The notes beneath the pieces were generated by a model. It made no database searches, was not told the DNA's origin, and worked only from the letters and a program-made list of their open reading frames with translations. Source: a virus (Duplodnaviria > Caudoviricetes). Taken from it: DNA of 55,611 nt. Below are positions 54,161 through 55,611 of the stretch, in pieces. How positions within the stretch are numbered: the stretch's first letter is position 1; every line of letters begins with the position of its first letter. Location of the stretch: IMG/VR virus record IMGVR_UViG_3300035670_000261, positions 1 through 55,611 of that record; one strand, written 5' to 3'. Made by a program: the position numbers and the translations under genes.

Positions 54161-55611
54161 TGGCCGGAATTAAGTTTACAGGGTTTCGCGGCATTGCGCC
54201 GAAGTTTGCGCCGGAACTGATCGCCGATCAAGCTGGGCAAATTGCGAACAATTGTAAGCTTTTTTCGGGGGATATTGTGCCGTATCCGCAGCCTGTAATC
54301 AAAGGGCTGACAGGTCGAACAGGAGATGTCGGCACAATATACCCACTTCGCAATCCTAGCACAGATCAAATAGTCTGGTTGTCGTGGCCTAATGAAGTGA
54401 ACGTAGCGACGCCGTCTGCAGAAGTTGATTCAGGCGAGCAGCGCTTTTACTACACCGGCGATGGCGTTCCTAAAGTCAGCAATTACGAGCTGGCCACATC
54501 TGGTGTAGCTCCATACCCGGTAGATTATTATGAGCTTGGTCTTCCGCTGCCGGAGACGAAGCTAACAGCTACGGCGGTAAACTTTACTGAGAAGACTGCT
54601 TCATCGGTATCGAGGGATTCAACCGGCTACACCACCATTGTAACGTCAGCTGCGCATGGACTGCGCACCGGCAACATTGTATCTATCAGTGGATTTACTT
54701 ACTACGCCGGTACATACTCCCGCAGCGGCCAGACAATTACTGTTACTCTTAGTAACCATGGCATCGCCAATGGCTCAACGGTATACCTAAACCGAACTTC
54801 TGGCGGCATGACAGATGGCGGCTACGTTGTGTTTAATGCCGCCACTAATACGTTCCAAGTAACCGATCCGGAATCAGGTTCGACATCTGGCGGAATCAAG
54901 ATCGATACGCGCGGGTATAATACCGTTGGTTCAGAAGTAACCGTAATAGACAGTACTACATTTACGTACTTTGCTCCTGGGTTTCAGCAGACAACCTATG
55001 CCGCTTCGGGCGTTAAGGTTACACTCGGCGGCACGCCAGTATCTCGTCAATATACCTATACTTGGTATACGCCGTGGGGCGAAGAGTCGGTTGGTTCTGA
55101 CCCATCTGATTTCATTATCACGAAAGAAGGCCAGACAGTTACAGTAACTGGGCTGCCTACTGCGCCGCCAACTGAACCAGTTAAAAACTTTATTCGCGGC
55201 ATTCGTCTGTATCGCACAGTTTCTGGCGAAACCGATGCCGACTTCTTCTTACTCAAAACATTGTGGTTCCCGCAGCTTATCTCTAAAGTTTCGCGGTATT
55301 ATAATCCAGCTGACGCGAACTATTATTCGCGCGTGACAACCGTATTCCCGCACAATTTCATCAAAGATGACCGCTTCAAGATAACCAATAGCGCGGTGTC
55401 TTCGTTTGATATCACTGGTGGTGTTGTAAAAGATATTGTCGATAGATATACGTTCGACTACATTCAGGGCTCATCCGTTGTAGCCGAGACTACTGATCTT
55501 GCCGGCGTGTTATATCACGATGCAGCCGAAAGCAATGACGAGCCCGCATTCTATTGGGGCGATACTACGTATGATTTTACGGATAGCTTCAACTCCCGCT
55601 ATCTAAATACT
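54160..55611 (+). CDS. 5' part of tail nozzle / tail tubular B-like protein (continues through the overlap to 1191)
   Basis: MAGIKFTGFRGIAPK..., FYYTGDGVPK, YTYTWYTPWGEESVGSDPS and IRLYRT motifs; open to the window end. Confidence 0.82.
   Translation, partial: MAGIKFTGFRGIAPKFAPELIADQAGQIANNCKLFSGDIVPYPQPVIKGLTGRTGDVGTIYPLRNPSTDQIVWLSWPNEVNVATPSAEVDSGEQRFYYTGDGVPKVSNYELATSGVAPYPVDYYELGLPLPETKLTATAVNFTEKTASSVSRDSTGYTTIVTSAAHGLRTGNIVSISGFTYYAGTYSRSGQTITVTLSNHGIANGSTVYLNRTSGGMTDGGYVVFNAATNTFQVTDPESGSTSGGIKIDTRGYNTVGSEVTVIDSTTFTYFAPGFQQTTYAASGVKVTLGGTPVSRQYTYTWYTPWGEESVGSDPSDFIITKEGQTVTVTGLPTAPPTEPVKNFIRGIRLYRTVSGETDADFFLLKTLWFPQLISKVSRYYNPADANYYSRVTTVFPHNFIKDDRFKITNSAVSSFDITGGVVKDIVDRYTFDYIQGSSVVAETTDLAGVLYHDAAESNDEPAFYWGDTTYDFTDSFNSRYLNT
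55417..55611. repeat. Terminal overlap, right copy
   Basis: Matches 1-195 with one mismatch. Confidence 0.97.

Noticed and set aside
55417-55611. 195-bp end repeat as a biological direct terminal repeat
   Set aside because: It lies mid-gene with the frame continuing across the join, so it is better explained as an assembly overlap of a circular or permuted genome.
1-55611. Alternative genetic code, tRNA genes, integrase/att site, introns or inteins
   Set aside because: Core genes are intact and of normal length in the standard code; no cloverleaf, recombinase or splicing motifs were seen by eye (tRNAscan and HMM searches not run).

Overview
The window is an apparently complete, circularly permuted tailed-phage genome of about 55.4 kb. 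Bases 55417-55611 repeat bases 1-195 with one synonymous mismatch, and the join falls inside a tail gene. The gene content is podovirus-like: there are ejection/internal virion proteins and no tape measure or tail tube gene. The + strand arm (34712 through the join to 14303) encodes terminase subunits, portal, scaffold, a P22-coat-like major capsid protein, many fibre/adaptor proteins, holin-like genes, spanins, a tail nozzle and ejection proteins including a 2384-aa giant. The - strand arm (34334 to 14333) encodes small early membrane proteins, a MoxR-type AAA / metallopeptidase-VWA / Ntn-protease cluster, a pyrimidine-dimer glycosylase, family A DNA polymerase, Cas4-like nuclease, VRR-NUC, SNF2 helicase, SSB-like protein, primase-helicase and a pentapeptide-repeat protein. 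No integrase, tRNA, CRISPR array or reverse transcriptase was seen. Spanins imply a diderm host, and a GcrA-like HTH weakly suggests Alphaproteobacteria. The most notable observations are: (1) a 50-aa basic gene with its own RBS nested in the +1 frame of the giant virion gene; (2) about 25 copies of a -35-like T(G/T)ACA-core motif around an AT-rich palindromic core; (3) no recognisable endolysin, while two ejection proteins carry M15-like Zn-peptidase motifs; (4) a scar-flanked island with a candidate nucleotide-sponge anti-defence protein; (5) structured RNA leaders. All family assignments come from motif recognition by eye, not from database searches.
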